Assembly (NCBI GenBank): GCA_030432655.1
Contig: JAUILA010000021.1
Location: 1 to 64,000 of the forward strand
Length of the DNA stretch: 64,000 nt
Source of the DNA: Bacteroidia bacterium
GTDB lineage: Bacteria; Bacteroidota; Bacteroidia; Cytophagales; Cyclobacteriaceae
Reading direction: 5' to 3'
Shown piece by piece: positions 61,338 to 64,000 of the stretch (positions within the stretch are counted from its first letter, which is position 1; the number at the start of each line of letters is the position of its first letter). Made by a program: the position numbers and the translations under genes. The notes under the pieces are model-generated. The model did not search any database and was not told where the DNA came from. It saw only the letters and a program-made list of their open reading frames with translations.

Positions 61338-62180
61338 ATGAAACACAACATCTTAGTAATCGGTGGCACTGGTAAGACCGGCAGCCGCGTAGTTGAAAAC
61401 TTAGTGAAACTGGGCCATAACGTAACTATTGGATCCAGAAATGGCAGTCCGGCCTTCAATTGGGATGATCCCGGCGCCTATGCAGCTGCGCTCAGGGGTA
61501 TGGACCGCGCCTACATCGTTTATTACCCTGACTTAGCTGTGCCGGGAGCGAGGGATGCCATTTCGAAATTAACTGAGACTGCTTTAAAGGAAGGTCTGGA
61601 AAAAATAGTGCTGCTCTCAGGAAAAGGTGAATCAGAAGCTGAGGCCTGCGAAGAAATAGTGGCTCATTCCGGCTTGAATTATACGCTGGTACGGGCCTCC
61701 TGGTTTAATCAGAACTTCAGCGAAGGAGCATTCAAAGAATTCATTCTTGCCGGAAATGTGGCGCTCCCTATGCCGGAAGCAAGAATACCATTTGTAGATG
61801 TGAACGATATCGCTGATGTCGTGACTAAAGTAATGCTCGATGACGCGTATAACGGCGAAACGATCACTGTCACCGGCCCGAGGAAAATGACTTTTAAGGA
61901 GGTAGTGGAAACCATGTCCAATGCTACAGGAAGAGCAATTCATTATGAGCCAATTTCAATCGAAGAATTTAAGGCGGGAATGAAAGCGGCCGGTTTACCA
62001 GACTCTTATGTTTGGCTTTTTGGCTACCTGTTCAAGGAGGTTTTAGGAAATCCTGATAATCAGGATATTTCAACGGATGTTGAAAAAGTATTGGGCAGGC
62101 AGGCCGTTGATTTCAGGGATTTTGCTGCCAGGACCGCTGCGTCCGGAGTTTGGAGTGAGAATATCACCCAAAGTATTTAA
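61338..62180 (+). CDS. NmrA-like NAD(P)H-binding protein
   Basis: N-terminal Rossmann motif ILVIGGTGKTGSRVV. Confidence 0.75.
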   Translation: MKHNILVIGGTGKTGSRVVENLVKLGHNVTIGSRNGSPAFNWDDPGAYAAALRGMDRAYIVYYPDLAVPGARDAISKLTETALKEGLEKIVLLSGKGESEAEACEEIVAHSGLNYTLVRASWFNQNFSEGAFKEFILAGNVALPMPEARIPFVDVNDIADVVTKVMLDDAYNGETITVTGPRKMTFKEVVETMSNATGRAIHYEPISIEEFKAGMKAAGLPDSYVWLFGYLFKEVLGNPDNQDISTDVEKVLGRQAVDFRDFAARTAASGVWSENITQSI

Positions 62181-62191
62181 ATGGATCTGTC

Positions 62192-62599
62192 ATGACAAAT
62201 TTAAACATGAAACGAGCTTTATTGAGCTCCCTGGTAGTCTACATCATAGGTATAACGGCTTTCGTAAGCTCTTACTTCGTTACGATATCAGACGATGCAG
62301 ATCTGCAGGCAAATTATGCATTGATGATAGTCATACTTCCTGCTGCCCTAATCGGTGCGCATCTATACTACAGAGAGGGATTTGACACCAACGGATTCAT
62401 ACTGGGAGCCGTTATGTTCCTTGGTGCTATGATCCTGGATGCAATAATTACTGTTCCTCTTTTTATCATCCCCAATGGCGGCGATTATTTCTCATTCTTT
62501 GGAGAACCTGGTTTTTGGCTCATTGCCATAGAGTATTTAAGTGTAGTTGTGGCCTATTGGTATACAGAGAGGAGGGTGGGCAGACTAAAAACGCAATGA
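62192..62599 (+). CDS. hypothetical 4-TM membrane protein
   Basis: Hydrophobicity pattern. Follows the NmrA gene at 12 bp. Confidence 0.45.
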   Translation: MTNLNMKRALLSSLVVYIIGITAFVSSYFVTISDDADLQANYALMIVILPAALIGAHLYYREGFDTNGFILGAVMFLGAMILDAIITVPLFIIPNGGDYFSFFGEPGFWLIAIEYLSVVVAYWYTERRVGRLKTQ

Positions 62600-62806
62600 G
62601 ATTGAAATTGAAATAAGGCTAAAGGTAAACCCTTCTACTTTTGGAAGGGTTTCTTTATGACTCACGAATTGAATTCAAGCCCCGGCTTTTGAATGACCAA
62701 CCCTGGCAAAACCTCCCCAACCCCATATTATTTAACTGTATTGATAATTCCATAGTAAGATTTTTGTAAATTATCTTACGGACTGATAATCAGAAGATTA
62801 TATAAT

Positions 62807-63787
62807 ATGAAATATCGGATTGTAATAGCCTGCATGTTCCTTTGGATGTCAAACCCGATATTGTCACAGGATACTGGCGATGCATATTCTGAAGCTTGCG
62901 AAGGTGTTACCACCTTGTCGTGGCAAAAACAGATAATAACTCCGAGTGACGAATACAATGCTGCCAGGGCCGGGGAAATACGGGAAGCGCTGGAAATGGA
63001 CGCCCGGGAAAGTTCCATGCTAAGTCAGGGTTGGAAACTAAAAGGAACGGTTACCAGTCATCTAGCCAGCGTTATCAACAAATATATGTCTGACAGCCAA
63101 AGCGTCAGCGATGAGTTTTGGGAACAATCTGTGCGGTTTACAGAGACCATGTGTTTTTTGCTGACCCTGATGGACAGAAGTGATCTGTCAAACACGATGA
63201 GACAGAATCTGGAGAATAATCTTCAGAGTGTGATTAACTCCAGAAGTGATTATCTGACAAACCTGAATTTCGTCGGTAATAAAACCATAGAGGTTATTGA
63301 AGTTGATGAGGACCAGGTCCGGCTTTCCATTGCGAATTATTTCGATGACCCATATTCCATTTCTATTACGGACATAGATATCCTGAGAAGGTACATTATT
63401 CAATATGAGACGGAACCATCTTTTGACAGGGGTTTAAACTCTGATGGATTTGTTAAAGATATAGAACTGTCAATTGTTAATGATCCGGAAATAGATGGCA
63501 ACCTGCAAACTATCCCGTTCAATGAAACTAATACCTCTTGCCAGTTGAAAAGTGGTGACCATGTTTACATTAAGTTAAGATTCAATATACAGGACTACCT
63601 GCAGGACGGATTAGCTTATATCGAAGCAAATTCTACCGGTCGCGCCATAGGTTTCAGGGTCGATCACGCGGTTCGGATAATATCCTATGGACCGGAGATT
63701 CAGAAGAACAGTGAGAATGGCACTTCCATTGTAACCAAAGCAGATACCATCATCATTCAAATACCTGATCTTTCATATAAATTCTGA
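62807..63787 (+). CDS. hypothetical secreted protein
   Basis: Signal peptide MKYRIVIACMFLWMSNPILSQ. Confidence 0.5.
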   Translation: MKYRIVIACMFLWMSNPILSQDTGDAYSEACEGVTTLSWQKQIITPSDEYNAARAGEIREALEMDARESSMLSQGWKLKGTVTSHLASVINKYMSDSQSVSDEFWEQSVRFTETMCFLLTLMDRSDLSNTMRQNLENNLQSVINSRSDYLTNLNFVGNKTIEVIEVDEDQVRLSIANYFDDPYSISITDIDILRRYIIQYETEPSFDRGLNSDGFVKDIELSIVNDPEIDGNLQTIPFNETNTSCQLKSGDHVYIKLRFNIQDYLQDGLAYIEANSTGRAIGFRVDHAVRIISYGPEIQKNSENGTSIVTKADTIIIQIPDLSYKF

Positions 63788-63791
63788 GCAC

Positions 63792-64000
63792 ATGAAGACT
63801 CTCAATACTTATTTGGCCTATGTAGTTTTGGGAATTGGCATATCCTTATTCATTCAATGCAGTCCGGCCACCAAAACCGTACAGACCGACAGGAATGCTT
63901 ATTCTGAAGCATGTGAAGGAGTTACCTCCTTATCCTGGCAAAAGCAAATTCAAACCGGGGATGCCGAAACCGACGTGCAGAGAGCGCTGGATCTGGTAAC
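63792..64000 (+). CDS. hypothetical secreted protein, tandem paralog of 62807..63787 (3' end outside window)
   Basis: Signal peptide. Shares NAYSEACEGVTSLSWQKQIQT with DAYSEACEGVTTLSWQKQIIT in the upstream gene. Confidence 0.45.
   Translation, partial: MKTLNTYLAYVVLGIGISLFIQCSPATKTVQTDRNAYSEACEGVTSLSWQKQIQTGDAETDVQRALDLV

Overview
This 64 kb window looks like a Bacteroidetes-type chromosome at roughly 50% GC. The lineage call rests on a T9SS C-terminal sorting domain, Bacteroides-style mobilization and integrase genes, and a PLDc_N small protein. Most of it is housekeeping or envelope genes: secreted S45 acylase, M20 and M28 peptidases, three small beta-barrel OMPs, a P-type ATPase, cydAB, a sodium:solute symporter, ltaE, rarA, clpC, tsaC, mltG, yihY and tRNA-Ser(TGA). 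Two accessory regions stand out. (1) An island of about 9.9 kb (20.4-30.4 kb) is bracketed on both sides by the same composite repeat: 62-bp tandem repeats followed by a structured element of about 210 nt (three copies in total). It encodes a LexA/cI-like HTH regulator whose S24 catalytic dyad is substituted (S to E, K to R). Divergent from that regulator is an operon of a YbjN-like small protein, PspA/IM30, a YqiJ/NfeD-like membrane protein, a flotillin (SPFH) and a 1614-aa protein with a C-terminal MoxR-like AAA+ module. I regard this as the best candidate for an undescribed membrane-stress, membrane-remodelling or defence system. (2) An integrative mobilizable element of about 10.8 kb sits at the 3' end of tRNA-Ser (47.7-58.5 kb). 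It carries integrase, excisionase-like HTH, primase/NTPase, MobC and relaxase genes, an m5C R-M pair and AT-rich cargo of unknown function. Other observations are a missed PLDc_N-like small ORF, recent tandem PKD-repeat duplications, a shared N-terminal TM module in two neighbouring proteins, and tandem secreted paralogs.
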